A DNA stretch of 64,000 bases. Source: Bacteroidales bacterium (GTDB lineage: Bacteria > Bacteroidota > Bacteroidia > Bacteroidales > WCHB1-69). The position numbers and the translations under genes are program-made. The DNA lies in assembly GCA_045598105.1 (NCBI GenBank), contig JAZLLK010000088.1, forward strand, positions 9,749 through 73,748. The letters are read 5' to 3'. How positions within the stretch are numbered: position 1 is the stretch's first letter; every line of letters begins with the position of its first letter. Shown piece after piece: positions 17,896 to 27,797 of the stretch. The notes beneath the pieces are model-generated. The model worked only from the letters and a program-made list of their open reading frames with translations. It was not told the DNA's origin and searched no databases.

Positions 17896-19590
17896 TTACA
17901 TTTTAGCTTTTACCATAGCCATTATTTCATTTTCTTTTTCCTGAGCTTGGGCGGCCAGGGTATCGGCTTGTAGGAGTATGTTGTCTACAAATGCTTTGTC
18001 TTTGAGTGAGCCGGCATTAATTTTTACATTGAGCATAGCTCCCAATACGGCGGAGCGGGCACACAAGGCGCCTACGCCTGCGTCGGTAACGGAGTTGGGG
18101 TTACCTATTTCTACCATAGCTTGGCACAGTTCAAACACTTCATATGCTTTTTTCATGGTACGGAAGGGCACTTCTATAGCATATTTGGTAGCTTCCTGTA
18201 TGGCTGCGGAGCGGGCGGCTTTTTCTTCGTCGCTGCCTTTAGGCATACCGAAGGCATCCATTATTTTATTGAAGGAGCGGGTATCTTCATCTACGAGGAA
18301 TAGGAGGTCTTCCTTAATAGCCTGACCTTTTTCTGCCCATACGGAGAATGTTTCCCATTGGTCGTCCCAGCCGGCTTTATGTGAGGACAGGTTAGCCACC
18401 ATGGTGCCGAGGGCTGCACCCAGGGCGCCCATGTAAGCGGATATGGAGCCGCCGCCCGGGGCGGGGCTTTCGCTGGCGGTTTCGTTAGCAAAGCCGGTGC
18501 AGGTCATGTCCACCAGTTTTTTTTCTTTGTTATCAGCTTCCAGCAGGTATTCTATTACCTTTTCCTGAGGATTAAAGGGTTTAAGGTCATCTAATCCCAT
18601 GGATTTAACGGCTATTTTAATTATTTCTTCTTCTGATACGCCAAGGGAGCGTTGTTGCTTGGCCAGGTAGAATTTGCCGGCGTCTATCAGCACTTTTTTA
18701 GGTACAAGGCCTACTATTTCGGCGCCGGTAACTCTTACACCGCGGTTAGCGGCGCAACGGCTTACTTCTTCATAGGCGGTGTGCAGGGCGGTAACGGATA
18801 TATTGGTCATATTCATAGATACCTGAGCTATACCGTATTCTTCTATGAACCAGCCTATGGCCTTAGTGGCCTTAAGGGTGCCGGGTATCATAATGGGGTT
18901 GCCGTTTTCGTCTTTAAGTACTTTACCTGTTACGCTGCCGCCTTCTCTTTTAGGGCGACCTTTTTCTCTTACGTCAAAGGCTATGGCATTGGCTCTACGG
19001 GTAGAGGTTGTGTTAAGATTATAGTTGACAGCTACAAGGAAATCACGGGCACCTACGGCGGTAGCACCTGATTTGGCTACGCTGTCGGTGAATTGGCAGG
19101 GACCAAAATCGGGTTTCCATTCCCGGGTGCATATACGGTCTTTCAGGGCTTCGTATTCACCTTGGCGGCAGTTTGCCAAATTGCGACGAACAGGCGCAAA
19201 GGCGGCATTTTCATAGCAGAATACGGGTATGGAGAGTTCTTTACCTACTCTTTCGGCCAGTTTACGGGCGTATTCGGCAGTTTCTTCCATGGTGATACCT
19301 GCTACGGGAACCAGCGGGCACACGTCAGTGGCACCAAACCGCGGATGGTCACCTTTATGATGACGCATATCTATGAGTTCCTGTGCTTTTTTTATGCAGC
19401 GAAAAGCGGCTTCGCATACTTCATTAGGGGTGCCTACAAAGGTAACTACGGTACGGTTGGTGGTGCTGCCCGGATCTACGTCCAGCAGTTTTACTCCTTC
19501 TACTGTTTCAGCCTGAGCGGCTATTTGATTAATGATATTCATGTCGCGGCCTTCACTGAAATTTGGCACGCATTCTATTAATTGTTTCAT
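17896..19590 (-). CDS. ftcD: bifunctional glutamate formimidoyltransferase / formimidoyltetrahydrofolate cyclodeaminase
   Basis: 564 aa. N-terminal ECVPNFSEGRD is the formiminotransferase hallmark. The C-terminal GGGSISAYMGALGAALGTMVANL is cyclodeaminase-like. Confidence 0.85.
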   Translation of the reverse strand: MKQLIECVPNFSEGRDMNIINQIAAQAETVEGVKLLDVDPGSTTNRTVVTFVGTPNEVCEAAFRCIKKAQELIDMRHHKGDHPRFGATDVCPLVPVAGITMEETAEYARKLAERVGKELSIPVFCYENAAFAPVRRNLANCRQGEYEALKDRICTREWKPDFGPCQFTDSVAKSGATAVGARDFLVAVNYNLNTTSTRRANAIAFDVREKGRPKREGGSVTGKVLKDENGNPIMIPGTLKATKAIGWFIEEYGIAQVSMNMTNISVTALHTAYEEVSRCAANRGVRVTGAEIVGLVPKKVLIDAGKFYLAKQQRSLGVSEEEIIKIAVKSMGLDDLKPFNPQEKVIEYLLEADNKEKKLVDMTCTGFANETASESPAPGGGSISAYMGALGAALGTMVANLSSHKAGWDDQWETFSVWAEKGQAIKEDLLFLVDEDTRSFNKIMDAFGMPKGSDEEKAARSAAIQEATKYAIEVPFRTMKKAYEVFELCQAMVEIGNPNSVTDAGVGALCARSAVLGAMLNVKINAGSLKDKAFVDNILLQADTLAAQAQEKENEIMAMVKAKM

Positions 19591-19658
19591 ATATTATATT
19601 TTTAACTATTTACAAATCAATCATTTATAATATCAATAGCGTTTTTATCCATTAATTG

Positions 19659-19666
19659 CAAATATA
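19659..19666 (-). promoter_or_regulatory. -7 box for ftcD
   Basis: The reverse complement is TATATTTG, 68 nt upstream of the start. Confidence 0.5.
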
Positions 19667-19685
19667 TCATTTTTTATGTTATATA

Positions 19686-20855
19686 TTATGATGATAAGGG
19701 CTTATGGAGTATATGGAGGTATAATTGTATAAAAGCGTTACCTATTGCCGACTGTCCATAGCGGCTTATGGCGTAATGGCGGAGTGTTTCCGGTGAGTAT
19801 TCGTATTCATGGTTGAGCATGGTGTTCATGGCTTGAGCCAGTAATTCAGGTTGGTGCAGGGGTACCAGTATGCCATTGTCAGTACCTATGGTTTCGCGTA
19901 TGGCGTGAATATCGGAAGCTATTACGGGTTTGCCGCAGCACAGGCTTTCTATAAGGACAAGGCCTTGTGTTTCGGTGGTGGAGTATAGCAGTTGGCAGCA
20001 GCATTGGTTTATGTAAGCGGGCATGAGGGTATTAGGTATATCGGTGTGGAATTGTACTATGTGAGGGGTGAGGCCCATGGCATTGGCTTTAGCTTGTACC
20101 ATGGGTTTGTGGGGGCCGTCGCCGAGGAGCAGAAGGGTGAAATCCTGTCTGGAGGCTGCCAGCAGGGCTGTGGCCTGCAGTATTTCTTCCCAGTTTTTGG
20201 TACTGCTATCCAGGTTAGATACGTGTAATATCATGTGGCTACTGTGGTTATAGGAAGTGGAGGGGGTAAATAGGTTTTCATTTACCACATTGGGTATGGT
20301 AACATAGGTTTGGTGCAGGCTGTGTAGTTGCATAGCTTGTGCCAAATGGTTGCTTACGGTGGTAACGGCTTGTGCGTGTGATACCATAAGGCGGGTAATC
20401 CATTTGTGTAGGGGGTGTGTAAATCCCGGTTCACCGGGCAGGTAGCGGCTCCAATGTTCGGTAATGATATAGGGAATGTTGTATTTGCGTAGCATATACA
20501 GGGCGGGCAGGCATGACCGTGTGAGCACGTTTACGTGACATATATCGGGTAGTCCGTATTGATGAATGGCATGTTGTATGCCTATGGCATAAGCACGTAG
20601 CATGCGGTAAAGGCGTATGCATTTGGCCGTAAGGCCTTTGCCGGTACAGGGAAAGCTCACGAGTATTTCGTACAGGTTATTTTCACTATGGGGTGAAAGG
20701 TGGTAGGTGTGGCCATGTTCATAGGGGTGTATTACTATTACCTGTGCCTGCAGGGCAATGGCTTGAGCATGATTTTGCACAAAATTGCCCAGCAGGGTAT
20801 CATTTGGCGTGGGATACCACGCTGAAAACATGTATATACGTAGCTTATGATTCAT
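19686..20855 (-). CDS. glycosyltransferase family 4
   Basis: 389 aa. N-terminal KLRIYMFSAWYP and C-terminal ETQGLVLIESLCCGKPVIASD (EX7E-type region). Its start overlaps the upstream flippase stop by 11 nt. Confidence 0.75.
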   Translation of the reverse strand: MNHKLRIYMFSAWYPTPNDTLLGNFVQNHAQAIALQAQVIVIHPYEHGHTYHLSPHSENNLYEILVSFPCTGKGLTAKCIRLYRMLRAYAIGIQHAIHQYGLPDICHVNVLTRSCLPALYMLRKYNIPYIITEHWSRYLPGEPGFTHPLHKWITRLMVSHAQAVTTVSNHLAQAMQLHSLHQTYVTIPNVVNENLFTPSTSYNHSSHMILHVSNLDSSTKNWEEILQATALLAASRQDFTLLLLGDGPHKPMVQAKANAMGLTPHIVQFHTDIPNTLMPAYINQCCCQLLYSTTETQGLVLIESLCCGKPVIASDIHAIRETIGTDNGILVPLHQPELLAQAMNTMLNHEYEYSPETLRHYAISRYGQSAIGNAFIQLYLHILHKPLSS

Positions 20856-22140
20856 GATGCAGGCGTTGTAGGAGTGCTTGTTTTACCATTAATATATCGT
20901 TGCGGGTGATGATAAATTGCTTTATATGCACATGTGTTTCACGGCAGAATTTAATGAGGGTATATCCGAAACTGCACACATAGGAAATGGAGGTGATAAG
21001 GGCCATAATCATAAGGGTATGCATGGCCGGTGCTGAGCGAAAAAGAGGTATGCATGCCAGTCCGCACACCACCGTAATGGCCAAGCCTATAGCGGAGGCT
21101 ATGGTGTTCACCGTAAATTTGCCCAATCCGGAAAAATAGTGTGATATAATAATATTGCCCGAGAAAATGAATATGCCGGGAGCCAGCAGGCATATAACGG
21201 GTTTAATATCGGTGAAGCCTTCTCCAAGCAGGAAGGTGAATACGTTTACCGGCAGGCATACTACCGCAATCAGAGTGATGAGGCTGCCCAGTAGTGACAG
21301 TTTTACAAACGAGAGGGTGATATTATGTATATAATTGGTATTCTGATGATGATTTGATACGGCGGCGTATTCTAACGATGACAGGCTTTTGGGTATTATC
21401 CATATAGATTCCGATACTTTGGTACTATTGTCAAATATTCCCAGAGGACTTCTGCCGGCGCAAAATTCTATGATGTAATAGCTAAAGCGGTAGTTGAGCA
21501 TTTGTACCAAATTGGTAATTTGTATAATGATGCCGTATTTTATCAGTTGGGTTATAATTTGCTTTATGCCGGACCACCCTGTGTAGGTAATGCCTTTAAT
21601 GGAGGGTAGGAAGGTGAGCAGGGCTACTATGAAGTAGGAAATGGTGTAGGCGGCAATATAGGATATTACACGGGTGCAGCAGGCACCGTATATAAGGTAC
21701 AGGGTGAACATAATGAGCAGAACCATTTGCAGCAGGGCTGCTATATTGAACCATGCTATTTTTTCTTTTGACAGCAGGGTGGCGGTATTGGTGGCATATA
21801 TGGATACGCATATGGCAGCTACTATAAACCATGAGGCATATTCTACAGGTACCAAATGAAAATAGAGCATAATGGCGCTGCCGGCCATATTAATAATAAG
21901 GGAGGATAGGTGGGCCACAAACAGTATTTGGAATGCATTGTGGCGGGGAAGCATATATACCAGAGAACTGCTACCTAACAGGGAGGTGAGTATTTGCAGT
22001 ATGGATACGCCTAATACAAACAGGCCTATAGTGCCTACTCCTTGCGGGCCAAATACATGGCTATTGATGATGAGCAGGGCAAAGGATATGCCTACGCATA
22101 TAATGCGGGTGCCGATGGTTCCAAATATTTTGTGTAGCAT
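20845..22140 (-). CDS. oligosaccharide/polysaccharide flippase (Wzx/MOP family)
   Basis: 431 aa with roughly 12 predicted TM helices. It sits immediately upstream of a glycosyltransferase. Confidence 0.65.
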   Translation of the reverse strand: MLHKIFGTIGTRIICVGISFALLIINSHVFGPQGVGTIGLFVLGVSILQILTSLLGSSSLVYMLPRHNAFQILFVAHLSSLIINMAGSAIMLYFHLVPVEYASWFIVAAICVSIYATNTATLLSKEKIAWFNIAALLQMVLLIMFTLYLIYGACCTRVISYIAAYTISYFIVALLTFLPSIKGITYTGWSGIKQIITQLIKYGIIIQITNLVQMLNYRFSYYIIEFCAGRSPLGIFDNSTKVSESIWIIPKSLSSLEYAAVSNHHQNTNYIHNITLSFVKLSLLGSLITLIAVVCLPVNVFTFLLGEGFTDIKPVICLLAPGIFIFSGNIIISHYFSGLGKFTVNTIASAIGLAITVVCGLACIPLFRSAPAMHTLMIMALITSISYVCSFGYTLIKFCRETHVHIKQFIITRNDILMVKQALLQRLHHES

Positions 22141-22141
22141 G

Positions 22142-24871
22142 CTAATGTGCTTCTAACCAATTGTTTCCTATGTTCATGTCTATATCCAGCGGTACGGGTA
22201 GATCTATAGCGGTGGTCATGTGGTGGCGTACCAGTTCCTGTACTATATGTATTTCCTGTGCAGGCACGTCCAGTACCAGTTCATCGTGTACTTGTAAGGT
22301 GATAACCGATAGCAGGTTGCGTTGTTGTAGTTCACGATGTATATTGATCATGGCTATTTTTATGAGGTCGGCGGCGGAGCCTTGTATGGGGGCATTTACG
22401 GCATTACGTTGGTCAAAGTTTCTCAGGTTGCTATTGGAGGAATTAATGTTACGCAGATAACGGCGGCGGTGCATAATGGTTTCCACGTAGCCATGTTCTT
22501 GGGCAAAGGCTATTTGTGCATTTATGTAGTTTTTGAATCCGGTATATTGGTCAAAATATTGGGTAATAAGGTCAGCAGCGTCATGGCGTGATATATTAAG
22601 GCGTTCGGCCAGGCCGAAGGCGCTCATGCCATAGAGTATGCCAAAATTGACGGTTTTGGCGGTGCGTCGCATATCTTTGCTTACTTCTTCCAGTGGTATG
22701 TTGTATATACGGGCGGCTGTAGCTGCGTGTATATCTATATTGTGACAAAATGCGTCCATCATATTGGCATCATGGCTTAGGGCGGCTGCCAGGCGGAGTT
22801 CTATTTGTGAGTAGTCGGCGGCGAGGAGAACGTGGTCTTTATTGGCGGGAATAAAGGCTTTACGTATTTCTTTTCCCTGATCGTTACGTATGGGTATGTT
22901 TTGCAGGTTAGGATTGCTGCTGCTGAGACGGCCGGTGGCGGTAACAGTTTGGTTAAAGTGGGTATGCAGGCGGCCTGTAGAGGAATTTACCAATAGTGGG
23001 AATGCGTCTATATATGTGGATTTCAGTTTGGTAAGACCTCTATAGTCTAATATTTTTTCTATAATAGGGTGTTTAAATTTCAGTTTTTGCAGTACGTCTT
23101 CTCCTGTTTGGTATTGTTTGGACTTGGTGAGTTTGGCATTGTTGATAATGCGAAGTTTATCAAACAATATGGTTCCCAATTGTTTAGGTGATGCAATGTT
23201 GAAATTTTCGCCGGCCATGGCGTAAATTTCGTTTTGTATAATGTCTATTTTATTCTGCAGTGTTTGTGAGTATTGTTGCAGGAAGGGTACGTCGATATTA
23301 ACGCCGCAGGCTTCCATGTGTGACAATACTTCTACCAGAGGCATTTCTATATCATAGTACAAGTCGGTTGCCTTATGTTGTTCCAGCAGTGGCATAAGCA
23401 GAGCGGGCAATTGCAGGGTGATATCGGCTTTTTCGCAGCATGCTTCATAGTTGTGAGGGGAGGTGGAAGGGAGCAGTGAATATTGCAGGTATTGTTCGGA
23501 GAGTATGTTAAGGGTATGGTTAAGTTCGGGTTCCAGCAGGTAGTGTACCAGCATGGTATCAATGAAGGGTATGTGCACTGATATGCTCATGGCATGCAGT
23601 ATATGAAGCAGGGGTTTGCTATTATGTATTATTTTAGTATTTGGCAGTGCCATCATTTGTTGTAGCAGAGGGGTGTATATGGATAGCATGTCCTGTTGGC
23701 CCGGCCATGGCAGGTAGAAGGCTTCTCCTTTTTGTGTAGCGAAGGCCAGTGAAATAAGCTGTTTATCGTTGGCTGACAGTGTATAGGCTATGGAAATGGA
23801 AGCGTTGGCGGGCAGTTGTTGGAACCATTGTGTCCATTCCACTACGCCACTGAAGGTGTGGTAGTGGCATAGGGCGTTGTTAAAACGGGTTAGTCCGTCG
23901 TTTTCGGTGAGGGTATGCTCTATGGCGGAGAACAGGTCCGGCTGGGAGCTGTTGCCCATGGCGTTGTTACCATTGGCGGAGGTGGCATAGTCCTTGCTGA
24001 TACGCCGGAGTAGAGTTTTGAATTCCAATTCATTGAATATTTTGGTGAGGGAGGCCATATCAGGGCCGTGGTATATCATGGTATTTTCGTCAAATGCGAG
24101 TGGTACATCAAGTATGATGGTAGCCAGTTTTTTGGAAAGGAGGGCTTCTTCGGCATTTTCCTGTACTTTAATACGCATTTTTTCGTTTTTAATGCGGTGA
24201 GCATTTTCTACCATATTCTCTATGGAACCGAATTCGGCTATGAGTTTTTTTGCACCCACTTCTCCTATGCCTTTAATGCCGGGTATGTTATCTATGGCAT
24301 CACCCCATATACCGAGTATATCTATGAGCTGTTCAGGCTGTTGTATGCCGTATTTTTCGCACACTTCGGCGGGGCCCATGGTGGTGGTTCCGTTACCGTG
24401 CATAAGGGGTTTATATACGTATATGTTATCGGATACCAGCTGTCCGTAGTCTTTATCGGTAGTGTACATGTAGGTGGTGAAGCCTGCCTGTTCGGCTTTT
24501 TTTGCAAAGGTGCCTATAATATCGTCGGCCTCGTAGCCGGGCAGAGCCAATACAGGTATGCCGAAGGCTTGTAAAACAGCCTGTATATAGGGAATGGAGG
24601 CAATGATATCTTCGGGTGTGTTATCCCTATTGGCTTTGTATTGGTCAAAGTCTGCGTGGCGAACGGTAGGGCCGTGGCTGTCAAAGGCTACTGCCATGTG
24701 GGAGGGATGTTCATTGTGTATTACTTCATACAGGCTGTTCACAAAACCCATTATGGCGGAGGTGTTCAGGCCTTTGGAATTAATGCGGGGTGATTTATTC
24801 AAGGCGTAATAAGCTCTGAATATCATAGACATAGCATCAAATAAGAATAATTTTTTATTGCCGGTACTCAT
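22142..24871 (-). CDS. polA: DNA polymerase I
   Basis: 909 aa with an N-terminal 5'-3' exonuclease region (LFLFDAMSMIFRAYYA). The polymerase motifs are DYSQIELR, RRTAKTVNFGILYG and QVHDELV. Confidence 0.95.
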   Translation of the reverse strand: MSTGNKKLFLFDAMSMIFRAYYALNKSPRINSKGLNTSAIMGFVNSLYEVIHNEHPSHMAVAFDSHGPTVRHADFDQYKANRDNTPEDIIASIPYIQAVLQAFGIPVLALPGYEADDIIGTFAKKAEQAGFTTYMYTTDKDYGQLVSDNIYVYKPLMHGNGTTTMGPAEVCEKYGIQQPEQLIDILGIWGDAIDNIPGIKGIGEVGAKKLIAEFGSIENMVENAHRIKNEKMRIKVQENAEEALLSKKLATIILDVPLAFDENTMIYHGPDMASLTKIFNELEFKTLLRRISKDYATSANGNNAMGNSSQPDLFSAIEHTLTENDGLTRFNNALCHYHTFSGVVEWTQWFQQLPANASISIAYTLSANDKQLISLAFATQKGEAFYLPWPGQQDMLSIYTPLLQQMMALPNTKIIHNSKPLLHILHAMSISVHIPFIDTMLVHYLLEPELNHTLNILSEQYLQYSLLPSTSPHNYEACCEKADITLQLPALLMPLLEQHKATDLYYDIEMPLVEVLSHMEACGVNIDVPFLQQYSQTLQNKIDIIQNEIYAMAGENFNIASPKQLGTILFDKLRIINNAKLTKSKQYQTGEDVLQKLKFKHPIIEKILDYRGLTKLKSTYIDAFPLLVNSSTGRLHTHFNQTVTATGRLSSSNPNLQNIPIRNDQGKEIRKAFIPANKDHVLLAADYSQIELRLAAALSHDANMMDAFCHNIDIHAATAARIYNIPLEEVSKDMRRTAKTVNFGILYGMSAFGLAERLNISRHDAADLITQYFDQYTGFKNYINAQIAFAQEHGYVETIMHRRRYLRNINSSNSNLRNFDQRNAVNAPIQGSAADLIKIAMINIHRELQQRNLLSVITLQVHDELVLDVPAQEIHIVQELVRHHMTTAIDLPVPLDIDMNIGNNWLEAH

Positions 24872-24896
24872 AGCAGGTATATAATATTATAAGTTG

Positions 24897-24904
24897 CAAA
24901 GATA
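24897..24904 (-). promoter_or_regulatory. -7 box for polA (and the tightly packed downstream flippase and GT4 genes)
   Basis: The reverse complement is TATCTTTG, 25 nt upstream of the polA start. Confidence 0.55.
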
Positions 24905-24993
24905 GCATTTTTTTGCAGAAAAATGTGCTTTTAGGATGAAGGAAAAATAAAAACTTTAGGAATAGTTTTTTTTGCTGTAAGGCGGAAAATAAA

Positions 24994-25476
24994 TTAGTGA
25001 AATAGGGCAATAATAATTACTATGGTGTACACCATGCACACGGCAAATTTGGCGGTTACGCCTGCCAAAAAGCCAATGAGGGCACCCAAGGCGGCTTTAA
25101 TCATGCCGGCGGGAGGGGTATGATTGAGCCATTCTCCGAGCAAAGCTCCCACAAAAGGCATGATGATAATTCCCCATGGCGGCAGTATAAATAGTCCTGC
25201 AATGGTACCTATAAAACAGCCTATGGCGCCTTTGTGGCTGCCGCCAAATTTTTTGGTACCCAGGCCGGGAATAATGTAGTCAAGTATGGTAACGGCTACG
25301 GCCAGCAATGCCAATATTACGAACCAAGTCCATGTAATGGAGTAGGGGGTACATTGCAGCAGTATTATGCCTATAAAGGCTATGGGGGGACCCGGTATAA
25401 CGGGTACTATGCAGCCTGCCATGCCTACAATCAGGCACAGGGTTATGAGTATAAGCAGGAATATGGTAGTATTCAT
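24994..25476 (-). CDS. DUF456 family membrane protein
   Basis: 160 aa with 4 TM helices. It has GCIVPVIPGPPIAFIGI and a repeat of the same half. Confidence 0.6.
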   Translation of the reverse strand: MNTTIFLLILITLCLIVGMAGCIVPVIPGPPIAFIGIILLQCTPYSITWTWFVILALLAVAVTILDYIIPGLGTKKFGGSHKGAIGCFIGTIAGLFILPPWGIIIMPFVGALLGEWLNHTPPAGMIKAALGALIGFLAGVTAKFAVCMVYTIVIIIALFH

Positions 25477-25492
25477 AGTGTGTGAGAAATAA

Positions 25493-26677
25493 TTACAGGT
25501 CTATAATTTCGGTATATTTAATAATACGTACATTATTGAAGTAGTATCGCAGTATGTCAACGCAACTGTAGCCGCGTTTTACCATTTCTATGGCGCCTTC
25601 CTGGCTAAGGCCTACTCCGTGTCCGTAGCCTTTCCCTTTAAGGTATACGTTATCGCCCTGCACGCTTACCGAAAACCATGCGGAGCGTAGCTTAAAGTGG
25701 GAGCGTACATCTTTAGCCGATATGGTATCACCGCCTACTATGAGGCAGGCTTGGCGGGTAGGCTGTTCCCATTGGAGTATGGCTTGTCGGTATTCGCCGT
25801 CTATGCCGTAGCGTTCGCCGTATTTTTGGGTGAAATATTCTATCCACAGGCGGACGGGCAGTATTTTTTCCCATTCATAGTTACGTGCGTTTATGCTAAA
25901 GCTATCCACTTTAGATTGCAGGTAAGGAATGTCGTGTTGCCACAGGTTGCCGGCTGATTCGGTCATGCCACCGCTATTGGAGTGGTAGGCCGGTGATATA
26001 AGTCTATTGGTAGAGTCTACTATTACGTCACTGAAGGTTTCGTAGGTTGCTCTAAGTATATCGGATTGCGTGCAGCGGCCCTTGTATGACTGGCAGTGTA
26101 CGGCATCGCATACGTTGTAGTGTTGGCGTATGTGTCGGTTAAGGTTGGCCAGGCAGTAAGTGCGGGCGGCTATGGCTTGTATTTTAAAAAATTCCACGTC
26201 GGTGGAACTTCCGTAAACTTCAGATTGCACTACGCCGGCCACGTATCTTTCCAAGCCTATAGTATTTACCAGCAGCAGGGAGTGGTCGGTAATGTTCACC
26301 TTAAGATTTTCTTCGTAGGTGCGTTCTTTGTTGAGTTTATCACTTTTAATGGAGAATACATTATTATATTTAGCTCCTATAAATTCCACTTCGGAGAAGG
26401 TGCCTATGAGTTCTATGCCTCGTTCTACTTTTATTTTGCCTTCATAGTAGGATAGTTGAACGGCTCCGCCGGTTTCAATACCTTCGGATATGCGATTGTT
26501 ATCACAAATAAGATTGTATTTACCTGATATGGTGGTAATAACTACTGATGTAGGGGCGTATTCCGATAGCAGGCGAACCTTAATATTAATAGCGTGCGAA
26601 AGGAGGCTTCCGCTTACTATTAACAGTGTGAATAGTATATTTAATGTGCCGTGTGCAATGGAATACTTATAATGCAT
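25493..26677 (-). CDS. SpoIID/LytB domain protein
   Basis: 394 aa with LERYVAGVVQSEVYGSS...FFKIQAIAARTYCL, plus HSNSGGMTE and GHGVGLSQEGA. Confidence 0.8.
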   Translation of the reverse strand: MHYKYSIAHGTLNILFTLLIVSGSLLSHAINIKVRLLSEYAPTSVVITTISGKYNLICDNNRISEGIETGGAVQLSYYEGKIKVERGIELIGTFSEVEFIGAKYNNVFSIKSDKLNKERTYEENLKVNITDHSLLLVNTIGLERYVAGVVQSEVYGSSTDVEFFKIQAIAARTYCLANLNRHIRQHYNVCDAVHCQSYKGRCTQSDILRATYETFSDVIVDSTNRLISPAYHSNSGGMTESAGNLWQHDIPYLQSKVDSFSINARNYEWEKILPVRLWIEYFTQKYGERYGIDGEYRQAILQWEQPTRQACLIVGGDTISAKDVRSHFKLRSAWFSVSVQGDNVYLKGKGYGHGVGLSQEGAIEMVKRGYSCVDILRYYFNNVRIIKYTEIIDL

Positions 26678-26767
26678 TAATTGTATTAACGTGAAAAATT
26701 TCTTTTATTGTGGTATCGGTAAAAAAAGTGTTTGTGGCGAGAAAAAAATAATGCAATAATATAATTT

Positions 26768-27778
26768 TTAAACTCCTTTTTGTAATGTAAAACTGAAAGT
26801 GGTACCTACACCGGGTTCGCTTTGAACGTTTAGGCTTTGTTGGTGGGCATCTATGATATGTTTTACTATGGCCAGTCCCAAACCGGAGCCGCCGGTTTTG
26901 CGGGAGCGGTCTTTATCCACGCGAAAGAATCGTTCAAATATACGGGGAAGATATTGATTATCAATACCTATTCCATTGTCTGTAACGGCTATATGGTACA
27001 CTTTTTCAAGTCTGGTTATACTTATGTGTACTTCTTTATTTTCTTTATCGTTATATTTGAGAGCGTTGTCAATAAGGTTTACCAATACTTTTTGGATATT
27101 GTCTTTATCGGCGTTTACTATATATTCAAGGTTGTTATTAAAATCGAATATAATATTCACGCCCAGTTTTTTTGCTTTTACTTCCAGAGTGTCGCTTACT
27201 TCCTGTATGAGGGTGCATATATTAAAGTTTTCCATTTTGAGCTGATAGCGGTCGTATTCCAGTTTGGATATTTCGTCCAGGTCGTTTACTACGCTTATCA
27301 TACGGTCTATATTGAAAGCGCTGCGTTTCAAATAGTTCATATTGATACTTTCATCATATATGCCTCCGTCAATGAGGGTAAGTATTTGTCCCTGAATGGA
27401 GGTGAGGGGAGTTTTAAGTTCGTGAGCCACGTTCCCCAAAAATTCTTTACGATAGTTTTCCAGCTTTTTCAATTGTTGAATTTCGTCTTCTTTGGCTTGC
27501 ATATATTCCAGTGTATTTTGTTCTACGGTGTGGAGTGCAGGCTCGTTAGGGGTGGTATGGGTGGCGGGAATACAGGTGGTGTGTGTAGAATGTGTAAGCA
27601 TGTGGGCAAGCAGGCCGTAGGCGGCATAGCCGCCTGCCGGCAGGCTTATGCATGCTGTCAGGTACCATGGCAGGTGGAGCAGGAGTGAGCATAGCAGCCA
27701 CACGGCTATGGTAATGGCGGGAATGGCTATGGCGGTAATTACTATGCCTGATATTGAAGGTGTATGGTGTGAGCACAT
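26768..27778 (-). CDS. sensor histidine kinase (orphan, membrane-anchored, no obvious sensor domain)
   Basis: The start is trimmed to MCSHHTPS to avoid overlap with pheT. It has H-box VAHELKTPL, N-box NLIDNALKY, G1 DNGIGI and G2 GGSGLGLAIV. No response regulator is adjacent. Confidence 0.85.
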   Translation of the reverse strand: MCSHHTPSISGIVITAIAIPAITIAVWLLCSLLLHLPWYLTACISLPAGGYAAYGLLAHMLTHSTHTTCIPATHTTPNEPALHTVEQNTLEYMQAKEDEIQQLKKLENYRKEFLGNVAHELKTPLTSIQGQILTLIDGGIYDESINMNYLKRSAFNIDRMISVVNDLDEISKLEYDRYQLKMENFNICTLIQEVSDTLEVKAKKLGVNIIFDFNNNLEYIVNADKDNIQKVLVNLIDNALKYNDKENKEVHISITRLEKVYHIAVTDNGIGIDNQYLPRIFERFFRVDKDRSRKTGGSGLGLAIVKHIIDAHQQSLNVQSEPGVGTTFSFTLQKGV

Positions 27779-27797
27779 GGTGTAGTATGATAGTGGG

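Noticed and set aside
26837-27688. Long antisense ORFs inside well-supported genes. Examples are 283 aa opposite the histidine kinase, 271 aa at 39087-39902, 219 aa at 36737-37396 and 197 aa at 47104-47697.
   Set aside because: Their translations are low-complexity and rich in Y, F, G and V. They carry no recognisable motifs and lie fully within genes that have strong motif support on the other strand.
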